From contig JBJXGY010000208.1 in NCBI GenBank assembly GCA_046160185.1, positions 1,843 through 65,842 on the forward strand: a DNA stretch of 64,000 nucleotides. The letters run 5' to 3'. Positions 53,864-60,853 of this stretch are shown here, in pieces (the first letter of the stretch is position 1; each line of letters opens with the position of its first letter). The notes under the pieces are model-generated. The model searched no databases. It worked only from the letters and a program-made list of their open reading frames with translations, and was not told the origin of the DNA. A program made the position numbers and the translations under genes. Source of the DNA: Gaiella sp. GTDB lineage: Bacteria; Actinomycetota; Thermoleophilia; Gaiellales; Gaiellaceae.

Positions 53864-53898
53864 CTCTGGCCGGATCCCCAGCTGGGATCCGGCCAGAG
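53864..53898 (-). terminator. 15-bp perfect hairpin (CTCTGGCCGGATCCC-cagct-GGGATCCGGCCAGAG)
   Basis: Base pairing checked position by position. It lies 82 nt downstream of the small membrane protein gene (53980..54198). The minus strand continues ...GGGGGGUUCUUUG. Confidence 0.5.
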
Positions 53899-53979
53899 CG
53901 GATCGCGTTCGACGCGTGCATCCCGCGCCGCTGACCGGATCCCACCGGGTTCCCGTCAGAGCCGCGGTGTGGGCTCCCG

Positions 53980-54198
53980 TCAGACCCGTGGATCGTGTTC
54001 GACACGCTCGACACGTCGCTCCGTGGTGAATCCACCCCAACTCGACCAGAACACCAGCGACAGCAGCAGCCCGACGATGCCCACGATCAGCAGGATTACG
54101 CCAATCGTCTGGACTTCGAGCCCCGACACCTCGGCGTTCACGGCCCACGTGAGGATGGCTCCGGCGGCGACTAGAATCAAGCTTGCAGAGATGCCCAT
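53980..54198 (-). CDS. small two-TM membrane protein (DUF6458-like)
   Basis: MGISASLILVAAGAILTWAV...VILLIVGIVGLLLSLVFW. Confidence 0.65.
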   Translation of the reverse strand: MGISASLILVAAGAILTWAVNAEVSGLEVQTIGVILLIVGIVGLLLSLVFWSSWGGFTTERRVERVEHDPRV

Positions 54199-54235
54199 GT
54201 CGTTCCTTTCGTTGACGTTGACCTGTGGTCAGGCT

Positions 54236-54261
54236 GTTCCCTGTTCCCACCCCGCTGAAAC
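54236..54261 (-). promoter_or_regulatory. SigB/F-type promoter (GTTT-N16-GGGAAC)
   Basis: Minus strand reads GTTTcagcggggtgggaacaGGGAAC, 37 nt upstream of ATG 54198. Confidence 0.55.
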
Positions 54262-54269
54262 GTCGACGG

Positions 54270-54296
54270 GTTTGAGAAGGTGCGCCACGTGGTAAG
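54270..54296 (+). promoter_or_regulatory. weaker SigB/F-type promoter candidate (GTTT-N17-GGTAAG)
   Basis: Ends 8 nt upstream of ATG 54305. Confidence 0.3.
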
Positions 54297-54298
54297 AA

Positions 54299-54682
54299 GT
54301 GACAATGGCCGGTGAGCCGAGCGCGGGCGTGACCGAATTCTCTGCCGACGTCGAGTGGACGGGCGATGGGGTCTTTCTGCTCACGTTGACGGGCGAGGTC
54401 GATCTCCATACCGCGCCGGAGGTACGCGAGCGCCTCACGGAGGCGAGCATGAAGAGAGCGAACCTCGCCGTGGTCGACCTCTCGAGCGTCACCTTCATCG
54501 ATTCGATGACACTCGGAGTCCTGCTCGGCGCGAACAAGCGTCTCCGCGCCTGCGGCGCCCAGTTACGCGTGGTTGTTCCGACCGACGGGGGAATCCGCAG
54601 GATCTTCGAGATCACGCTTCTCGACAAGATCTTCCTGCTCTACGAGACGCGCGCCGAGGCACTCTCGCGGGCCGAAGCGTGA
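54299..54682 (+). CDS. STAS-domain anti-sigma-factor antagonist (start GTG 54299 or ATG 54305)
   Basis: VVDLSSVTFIDSMTLGVLLGA carries the conserved DS. Confidence 0.8.
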   Translation: MTMAGEPSAGVTEFSADVEWTGDGVFLLTLTGEVDLHTAPEVRERLTEASMKRANLAVVDLSSVTFIDSMTLGVLLGANKRLRACGAQLRVVVPTDGGIRRIFEITLLDKIFLLYETRAEALSRAEA

Positions 54683-55041
54683 ACGACGTCATAGGTCTCA
54701 GCCTTTCGCATCGCGACCGCCTCACGCCGGTGGCGATGCTGGTCGCCGGCGGTCTCGGGAGCCGTGTGGATCTGGACATCGACCGGATCGACGACCTTCA
54801 GCTCGCGCTCGGCTTGGTGCTTTCGACGCTTGCCCCCGACGAGCGCGCCGAGCTCGAGTTCGAACCGGCGGAGCACGGCGTCACATGTCGCATCGGGGGA
54901 CTCGGGCCGGCCGTGCGCGAAGTGTTGCCATCACTGGAACGGCTCGTTCACCACGCTCGGCTCGAAGGGGAGCAGGCACACACGATCACGTTTCAGGTCG
55001 AGAAACGGCCTGCGCAGGGACTAGCGCCCCCCGCTGCCTGA
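54679..55041 (+). CDS. degenerate RsbW-like protein (120 aa) lacking N-box and G-box residues
   Basis: GTGA-coupled to the STAS gene. Its N-terminal 50 aa align by eye to the RsbW-like protein at 52768, with RIDDLQLAL against TLADLKLAV. The TEACGNAARH position reads GLVLSTLAPD. Confidence 0.5.
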   Translation: MNDVIGLSLSHRDRLTPVAMLVAGGLGSRVDLDIDRIDDLQLALGLVLSTLAPDERAELEFEPAEHGVTCRIGGLGPAVREVLPSLERLVHHARLEGEQAHTITFQVEKRPAQGLAPPAA

Positions 55042-55111
55042 GCCCGCCGTCCCAGCAAGATCATCGCATTGGCCATCGCCCCGGCATCTGGAGGGGGCTC
55101 GCTCGCTTTGC

Positions 55112-55137
55112 GTTTGCCCCCAGGGCGTCCCGGGAAG
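55112..55137 (+). promoter_or_regulatory. SigB/F-type promoter (GTTT-N16-GGGAAG)
   Basis: Read directly, 34 nt upstream of ATG 55172. Confidence 0.55.
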
Positions 55138-55171
55138 GCAACCAGCATCCAGGGAAACGAGGAGGCCAGCT

Positions 55172-55696
55172 ATGGCAACAGTCGAGAAGTCGATCAACGT
55201 CGCCGTTCCGGTTTCGACGGCGTACAACCAGTGGACGCAGTTCACGGAGTTTCCGTCCTTCATGGATCACGTACTCGAGGTTCAGCAGCTCGACGACCGG
55301 CATCTGCACTGGGTCGCCGAGATCGGTGGCGAGCGTCAGGAATGGGACGCGGAGATCGTGGAGCAACGGCCTGATCGCGTGATCGAATGGCGGGGGACGG
55401 GGGCCAAGCGCAACGCGGGTCGGGTCGAGTTCGCCGGCGAGAACGGAATGACGCGCGTCACGCTCCGTATGGAGTACGAGCCGGCGGGCATGAAGCAGAG
55501 AGCCGGAGCGGCCCTCGGACTCGATGCTATGGGGGTCGAGCACGACCTCGAGCGGTTCAAGGAGATGATCGAGTCGCGAGGCGGCGAGACGGGCGCCTGG
55601 CGCGGGGAGATCCACGGGGGCAAGGCGAAGCCGCCGCTGCGTGACCCACTCGCGGAGGCTGAGAGCCGCAATCCGCTGCCACCCGCCGCTCCATAG
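55172..55696 (+). CDS. SRPBCC (cyclase/dehydrase) family protein
   Basis: VEKSINVAVPVSTAYNQWTQFTEFPSFM...HWVAEIGGERQEWDAEIVEQRPDRVIEW. Confidence 0.8.
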   Translation: MATVEKSINVAVPVSTAYNQWTQFTEFPSFMDHVLEVQQLDDRHLHWVAEIGGERQEWDAEIVEQRPDRVIEWRGTGAKRNAGRVEFAGENGMTRVTLRMEYEPAGMKQRAGAALGLDAMGVEHDLERFKEMIESRGGETGAWRGEIHGGKAKPPLRDPLAEAESRNPLPPAAP

Positions 55697-55752
55697 ATGC
55701 CGAAGGCCGCCGCCGCCCGCTGCACAGCGCGGCAGGGCGGTGGCGGCGCAGG

Positions 55753-55965
55753 TCACACGCTGGTGTTCTCGAGCTGCTCCGGCCCGACCGGCGAAGGAAC
55801 GGGAGCAGGCTCCGGCACGACGACCGGGCCGGGCGCAGGACTGGGTACCGGCTCACGCTCGGGCACGATCACTGGACCAGGCGCAGGGCTAGGGGCGGGC
55901 TCAGGGTCCGGCACGTAGACCGGCCCTGGCTCCGGACGGGGGGCAGGATCAGGCTTGACGGGCAT
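55753..55965 (-). CDS. proline-rich repeat protein (70 aa)
   Basis: The ATG lies 2 nt after the SRPBCC stop. It has three 16-aa repeats (VPDPEPAPSPAPGPVI / VPEREPVPSPAPGPVV / VPEPAPVPSPVGPEQL). Confidence 0.5.
   Translation of the reverse strand: MPVKPDPAPRPEPGPVYVPDPEPAPSPAPGPVIVPEREPVPSPAPGPVVVPEPAPVPSPVGPEQLENTSV
55814..55957. repeat. three tandem imperfect 48-nt repeats (coding, Pro-rich)
   Basis: The repeat-unit marker GGCACG(A/T) recurs at 55814, 55862 and 55910. Confidence 0.7.
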
Positions 55966-55967
55966 GG

Positions 55968-56384
55968 TCACTCCAACGACTCCAGTCGTCGTTTCAGGTT
56001 CTCGAGATCCTTCTGCAACCTGCACTTGCCCAGTCGGACCGCGGTGCCGGCGCCCTCGAGAGCTCCTTCCGGGCGGAGCCGGTCGTGCACCGTCACCCGC
56101 GTGACGTTCTCGCCTTCTGAGGCGAGCTCGAACCGAGTGTCATGGGGACCGCTGCCGCGCGCGTGCCATTCGAGGCGCTCGTCGTCGTCCATGGCCACGA
56201 TCTCCGCCTCCCACTCCACGCGCCCGCCGCCGAGGTCGGCCCTCCAGTGCAGCGTCTCCCCCACCTTCCGCACCTCCTCCACGCGGTCCATCCATCGCGA
56301 GTACGCGCCGAAGTTGAGCAGGGTAAACCAGACCGACGGACGGGGAGCGCCGATCACGATGGACGCGTCGATCGTCGTGGACAC
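55968..56384 (-). CDS. SRPBCC family protein
   Basis: IDASIVIGAPRPSVWFTLLNFGAYSRWM...HWRADLGGGRVEWEAEIV. It is a paralog of the 55172 gene. Confidence 0.8.
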   Translation of the reverse strand: MSTTIDASIVIGAPRPSVWFTLLNFGAYSRWMDRVEEVRKVGETLHWRADLGGGRVEWEAEIVAMDDDERLEWHARGSGPHDTRFELASEGENVTRVTVHDRLRPEGALEGAGTAVRLGKCRLQKDLENLKRRLESLE

Positions 56385-56393
56385 GAACTACGT

Positions 56394-56419
56394 GTTCCCT
56401 GCAGCCGCTATCCGGAAAC
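56394..56419 (-). promoter_or_regulatory. SigB/F-type promoter (GTTT-N16-GGGAAC)
   Basis: Minus strand reads GTTTccggatagcggctgcaGGGAAC, ending 9 nt before GTG 56384. Confidence 0.55.
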
Positions 56420-56447
56420 ACTGTCGGTGGAAGGCGCGTCGTACGGC

Positions 56448-57332
56448 CTACTCCGGGATGCGCTCCCCGTATGCGTCACGTCTGGCCGGCCGCCGGTGGC
56501 GTCGCAAAGGCGGCCTCGCCTGTCCGGCCGCACCCTCGCTACCTGCACTCGGCGGCCCGGCAACCACCGCGGGCTCGATCGCCCGTGCGCCGTTGGCGAC
56601 CTCTCGCCTTTCCAACGTCGTCGCCGTGATGCCCTCGAGGGCGGTGAGTGTTGCGAACCCGGCGGCGAGCAGTGCCGTGTCGCATTCGGGGTCGAGCTCA
56701 TGACCTGTGTCCCTGTATTCGAGCTGCAGGTTCGTGGCGCCCCTTCGACCGACGGCGACCCGAACTGCACCGAAGCGATCGAGCCGGGCCCAGCGCAGCG
56801 CGGTCTCGGCGGCTACCTGCTCCGGAACGTTCAGGCTGAGGACGGTGGCCTTGGGGGCGTCCACCAGTAGATCGAGAGCGAGATGCACCGGCCCTGCGAT
56901 GCGTTCCCAGCGCATCGGCCATGCGACCGCCGCGCTCACGGCGAGGGCGGAGACACCGAAACTGGCGGCGGTAAGCGCGGCGCCGACCGTGCCCGAGTGC
57001 AGGATGGCATGCCCGGTGTTGGCACCTATGTTGGCACCCGAGAGAACGAGGTCGGGTTCCTCACCCAACGCCCCCCGGCATGCGACGAGGGCGGCCAACC
57101 CCGGCGGGCCGTTCAGCGTGTACGCGGCCGCGGCGCCCCCGACGTCCCGGGCGGCCGGACGCAACTCGAGCGTATCGCCACTCGCACAGCGCCAGATGGC
57201 CGCACTCGATCCACTGACGTCCTGGTCGGGAGCGATCACCGTTACCTCCCAGCCCCGCTCGACCACGACGCGGGTCAAAGCGTCCAGGCCTTCGGACTCG
57301 ATCCCGTCGTCGTTTGTGACTACGACCTTCAT
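56448..57332 (-). CDS. surE: 5'/3'-nucleotidase SurE
   Basis: MKVVVTNDDGIESEGL N-terminus and GANIGANTGHAILHSGTVGAA. Confidence 0.8.
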   Translation of the reverse strand: MKVVVTNDDGIESEGLDALTRVVVERGWEVTVIAPDQDVSGSSAAIWRCASGDTLELRPAARDVGGAAAAYTLNGPPGLAALVACRGALGEEPDLVLSGANIGANTGHAILHSGTVGAALTAASFGVSALAVSAAVAWPMRWERIAGPVHLALDLLVDAPKATVLSLNVPEQVAAETALRWARLDRFGAVRVAVGRRGATNLQLEYRDTGHELDPECDTALLAAGFATLTALEGITATTLERREVANGARAIEPAVVAGPPSAGSEGAAGQARPPLRRHRRPARRDAYGERIPE

Positions 57333-58318
57333 CCTTGATCCACCTCCAGTACGACGCGCTCCGCGAGCGCGCTGATTGCCTCGGCATGCCCGCTTCCCGA
57401 ACCGTGCCGGGTGACCGCCATCGCCCCGGCGGCGGCGCCCTGGCGAAGCACATCGGCCCAACCGTGACCCTTTGCGAGTGCGAGTCCGAACGCTCCGCTC
57501 ATCGAGTCACCTGCACCGCGGGCGTCCGCCACCTCCAGCTCCGGTGGCCGCACGACCAGGCGGCGCCCGCCCACGGCAGCCAGAAGCCCTGCCTCGCCGA
57601 GCGAGACAACCACGTTGTCCGCACCGGCGGACTGGAGTTCCGCGATCGCCCGCCAGAGCTCCTTGTCCGAAGCATCTCTCGCGCGGCCGTCTCGCGTCAG
57701 CTCCTCGGAGCTGACCTTGAGCAGGTGCACTCCCCCCTCGAGCGCCTCGGTGAGTTGCCCGGCGGAGAGGTCGGCGACCGTCTTGACATCCGAGGCCGCG
57801 AGATCGGCGGCGAGCCGCCGGTACATCCCGTCGGGCACCACGGTCGTCGACCCGTGACTGCCGGCAAAGACACAGGTTTTCGCGGCGAGAGCCTCGGCGA
57901 GCGTCAGCGAGTACAACTCGTCCGAATCGTGGCGGTTGAGCGAAGGGGGCGGCGATTCGAAGATGAGCTGTCGCTCCCCGTTGCGGCGATCCTGAACCCA
58001 GACGGGGGAGAAACCGGGTACGTCGACGGCGCGGGCCTCGATGCCCTCCTCGCCGAGCAGGAACCGAAGCACCGCGCCCGTCTCGCCGCCGAGCGGCGAG
58101 CAGAGCGCGGGCGTGCCCCCGAGCGTCACGATCATGCGCGCCATCCACACGCCCTGCCCGCCGGCATGAAGGTGAACCTCTTCGTCCCCCTCTTCGTTGC
58201 GCTCGATGGTGACGGTGAGCAGGGTGACCGGAGCGAAGACACAGACATCCGGGCCGCCCCGGGTCTCGTTCTCGCCCGTTCGCGCCGCTCCCTCGGGCGC
58301 GCTTTCGTGCTCAGTCAT
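57329..58318 (-). CDS. PfkB-family carbohydrate kinase
   Basis: C-terminal DARGAGDSMSGAF motif and ribokinase-like pattern. ATGA-coupled to surE. Confidence 0.7.
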   Translation of the reverse strand: MTEHESAPEGAARTGENETRGGPDVCVFAPVTLLTVTIERNEEGDEEVHLHAGGQGVWMARMIVTLGGTPALCSPLGGETGAVLRFLLGEEGIEARAVDVPGFSPVWVQDRRNGERQLIFESPPPSLNRHDSDELYSLTLAEALAAKTCVFAGSHGSTTVVPDGMYRRLAADLAASDVKTVADLSAGQLTEALEGGVHLLKVSSEELTRDGRARDASDKELWRAIAELQSAGADNVVVSLGEAGLLAAVGGRRLVVRPPELEVADARGAGDSMSGAFGLALAKGHGWADVLRQGAAAGAMAVTRHGSGSGHAEAISALAERVVLEVDQG

Positions 58319-58327
58319 CTAGATGTA

Positions 58328-58353
58328 CTTGCCGGAACGGCGATTTCACAAAC
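58328..58353 (-). promoter_or_regulatory. weaker SigB/F-type promoter candidate (GTTT-N16-GGCAAG)
   Basis: Ends 9 nt before ATG 58318. Confidence 0.35.
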
Positions 58354-58494
58354 CGGCGGCGGGATTATCCGCGTGCCCGAGGTCGACCTGTCCGGAGGCA
58401 CGGTGTCGCACAGGGTGGGTGGGAAGCGCGACATCGCGAAGCGGTGCAGCTCAATTGGCGGACGAGCAGCTACCCGGTGAACACGATGGACGGA

Positions 58495-58520
58495 GGAGGC
58501 GTTCGATCTCAAACGCCTCC
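58495..58520 (-). terminator. hairpin (GGAGGCGTT-cgatctca-AACGCCTCC) downstream of the PRC-barrel operon
   Basis: 9-bp perfect stem, 19 nt after the stop at 58539. Confidence 0.4.
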
Positions 58521-58538
58521 CCCCGATTGGAAGCGGGG

Positions 58539-58811
58539 CTAGCCTGGCCAGACCGGTAGCGAAGCCAGTCGCTCCGCCGCGAGATCGATCGTGACGCGAC
58601 CCGGCTCGATGCCGGTGACGGTGGCGGCGTCGACAAAACGCGCCGCCCCGTCACCCGCGAGTGCGATGCCGCTGAAGATGTCGAGCTCCTCGTCGCTGAC
58701 GATCTCCGCCACCTGGCCGAGCACGTCGCCTGCCGCTGAGACGACGATCCAGCCCTTCTCGATCGCGTACCACGACACCGGATTTCTCGGGTCACCGGCC
58801 ACGTTGCTCAC
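58539..58811 (-). CDS. PRC-barrel/DUF2171-like protein (90 aa)
   Basis: GWIVVSAAGDVLGQVAEIVSDEELDIFSGIALAGDG...VTGIEPGRVTIDL. GTG 58811 overlaps the upstream peptide's stop (GTGA). Confidence 0.6.
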   Translation of the reverse strand: MSNVAGDPRNPVSWYAIEKGWIVVSAAGDVLGQVAEIVSDEELDIFSGIALAGDGAARFVDAATVTGIEPGRVTIDLAAERLASLPVWPG

Positions 58812-58948
58812 ACCGAAGACCGGCCGCCCGCGAAGCTGAACAGGGCGACGATCACCGCGACGATGAGAATCAGGAACAGGAACTTGGATACAGCCACCCC
58901 GCCGCCGACGGCGAGAAGCACCAGAAGCAGGATCAGTAGCCAGAGCAT
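58808..58948 (-). CDS. 46-aa highly hydrophobic peptide (MLWLLILLLVLLAVGGGVAVSKFLFLILIVAVIVALFSFAGGRSSV)
   Basis: GGAGG lies 6 nt upstream of ATG 58948. It is below the ORF-track cutoff as an independent ORF. Confidence 0.55.
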   Translation of the reverse strand: MLWLLILLLVLLAVGGGVAVSKFLFLILIVAVIVALFSFAGGRSSV

Positions 58949-59177
58949 TTCGAACCTCCGATCGCAGATTGACAAGCCATCTCTTCCCCGTTTCGTGGCC
59001 TGCCAATCCCAGATGCCCTGCCATGACAGTCTGCGCCCGCCCGGTACGGACGGGAAAAGCCTCCGGGACCCTCGCACAGGCCGTGGTGCGCGCTCCTGCG
59101 CGCTCCTGTTCACGTTGCTCCGGTGGCCTCCGGGGATGTGGTGACCGGTGTAGCTCGCGGAGCGGATCGGAACGCGG

Positions 59178-59357
59178 TCAGGCCGGTGGTGTGTCCTTCC
59201 CCGCCCACCGGCTGGGCGGGTCTGACGCCGGAAACGACTGATCCGCTGTCTCGTCGACCGCGGCTTCCTCGTCCGCCTCGGCATCGGTCTCGATGTCCGC
59301 GTGCGCCGTCTGCGTTGGCCGCCGCTCGGGAGCGTCGTCTCTCGGTGACTTGCTCAT
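59178..59357 (-). CDS. 59-aa acidic protein with SFPASDPP motif
   Basis: MSKSPRDDAPERRPTQTAHADIETDAEADEEAAVDETADQSFPASDPPSRWAGKDTPPA. There is no SD, but a strict GTTT-N16-GGGAAT box ends 9 nt upstream. I recall the motif from small conserved bacterial proteins. Confidence 0.5.
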   Translation of the reverse strand: MSKSPRDDAPERRPTQTAHADIETDAEADEEAAVDETADQSFPASDPPSRWAGKDTPPA

Positions 59358-59366
59358 CCAGAGGTG

Positions 59367-59392
59367 ATTCCCGCCGGCCGTCGGCGCGAAAC
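59367..59392 (-). promoter_or_regulatory. SigB/F-type promoter (GTTT-N16-GGGAAT)
   Basis: Minus strand reads GTTTcgcgccgacggccggcGGGAATcacctctggATG, checked base by base. Confidence 0.55.
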
Positions 59393-59472
59393 CGCCCGGC
59401 GAACAGGTGCCTCCTTCGGGTGCCCAACCGTTCGGCTCGTGTGACGACGCAGTAAGCACTCCGTAAGAGGGG

Positions 59473-59497
59473 GTTGCCCCAGGGATGAACGGGGAAC
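59473..59497 (+). promoter_or_regulatory. weaker SigB/F-type promoter candidate (GTTG-N15-GGGAAC)
   Basis: Lies 56 nt upstream of ATG 59554. Confidence 0.3.
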
Positions 59498-59553
59498 ACG
59501 CACCCAACGCGATTCGCGCTGCGGATCGCACGTCACCTGACAGGAGGTGCTTG

Positions 59554-60717
59554 ATGGATACGCCAAACAGCACAACAGCGTCCCGGCGAGGACGCACGTG
59601 GACGCTGGCGGGGGTCACAGCCGCCCTCACGCTCGGTGCGGCGTTGCTGGCGCTGCTGGCACCGGTCTCCGGCAGCGCGGTGAGCCAGGCCTTGCCGGAC
59701 AACACGGCGGAGCCGCGGATCTCCGGTTCGGCCGTGGAAGGCGGACTGCTGACCACCACCAACGGGAAGTGGACCGGTGATCCGACATCGTTCGAGTACG
59801 AATGGCGGCGTTGTCCGGCGGGCGGCGGTGCGTCGGACGCCTCCAACTGCGAGCGCATCGACGGTGCCACTTCGGGGAGCTACACGCTGAGAGAGGCTGA
59901 CGTCGGCAAGCGGATGCGGGCCAGGGTCACCGCCACCAACGCTGACGGATCGGCGACGGCAACGTCCAACGCAACCGCGGCCGTGCGCTCCGCCACACCA
60001 ACCGGGGCCCCGACGAACACCGCGCTTCCCGCGGTCTCGGGCGCGCCGATCGTCGGCCGCACGGTGCGGTCGAGCGCCGGCACCTGGACGGGGCGGCAGC
60101 CGATCACGTACGCGTTCCAATGGCTGCGATGCGACCAGGGCGGTAACGACTGCGTCACTCTCGCGAATGCGACCGACGATGCGTACGTCGTGCGTGAGGG
60201 CGACGCGGGAAAGACTCTCCGTGCGCGTGTGCAGGCGTCCAACTCGGCCGGGACCGCCAGAGCGCTTTCGAAGCCGACGGCCGCCGTCACCGGTAACGGT
60301 GGCCCGGAAGGGGCGATCAGGCTGCCGAGCGGCGAGACCTCGATCCCCGCTAGCTCCGTGCCCGCCACGGAGCGATTGGTCGTAGACCGCGTCGAGTTCA
60401 CACCGTCCGTGGTCAGGTCGCGCACCGAGACAATCCAGTCGCGCATCAAGGTCAAGGACACTCGCGGCTACGTCGTGCGCGACGCGATCGTCTTCATCCG
60501 CTCGACGCCGGTCGTGACGAGCGGAGGCGACGACCGCCGGACCGGACAGGACGGGTGGATCACCTACGACCTCGAGCCGCAACGGGACTTCCCGGCACTC
60601 GATCCGAGGTACGCGGTGCAGTTCTACGTCAAGGCGTACCGCGCGGGTGATCCGGTGCTCGCAGGTGTCGCGGGCACCCGGCTCGTGCAGGTGCAGCTCG
60701 GCGGCAGCACCGACTGA
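59554..60717 (+). CDS. secreted protein with two Ig-like repeats
   Basis: GGAGG RBS and a signal/TM segment. Two repeats of about 90 aa follow the pattern G..L....G.WTG.P....Y.W.RC...G..C..I.GAT...Y.....D.GK..RARV.A.N..G. Confidence 0.7.
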   Translation: MDTPNSTTASRRGRTWTLAGVTAALTLGAALLALLAPVSGSAVSQALPDNTAEPRISGSAVEGGLLTTTNGKWTGDPTSFEYEWRRCPAGGGASDASNCERIDGATSGSYTLREADVGKRMRARVTATNADGSATATSNATAAVRSATPTGAPTNTALPAVSGAPIVGRTVRSSAGTWTGRQPITYAFQWLRCDQGGNDCVTLANATDDAYVVREGDAGKTLRARVQASNSAGTARALSKPTAAVTGNGGPEGAIRLPSGETSIPASSVPATERLVVDRVEFTPSVVRSRTETIQSRIKVKDTRGYVVRDAIVFIRSTPVVTSGGDDRRTGQDGWITYDLEPQRDFPALDPRYAVQFYVKAYRAGDPVLAGVAGTRLVQVQLGGSTD

Positions 60718-60732
60718 GCCCCAGGACGACAT

Positions 60733-60769
60733 GGCGGCCCGGCTCTCCACCGAGGGGTGCCGGGCCGCC
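60733..60769 (+). terminator. hairpin after the secreted-protein gene (11-bp stem GGCGGCCCGGC/GCCGGGCCGCC, 15-nt loop)
   Basis: Perfect inverted repeat 16 nt after the stop. Confidence 0.4.
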
Positions 60770-60803
60770 AACTGCGCCTTTCCCCACACGGTTCAACGGA
60801 CGT

Positions 60804-60829
60804 GTTTGGAGAGGGTCGGAAACGGGAAT
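60804..60829 (+). promoter_or_regulatory. SigB/F-type promoter (GTTT-N16-GGGAAT)
   Basis: Read directly, 24 nt upstream of GTG 60854. Confidence 0.55.
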
Positions 60830-60853
60830 AGAGGTCGCGGTGAGGACAGTCCT

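Noticed and set aside
55814-55957. Tandem 48-nt repeats as a possible CRISPR or VNTR-type non-coding array
   Set aside because: The repeats are contiguous with no spacers. They are in frame and encode a Pro-rich repeat protein coupled to the upstream gene.
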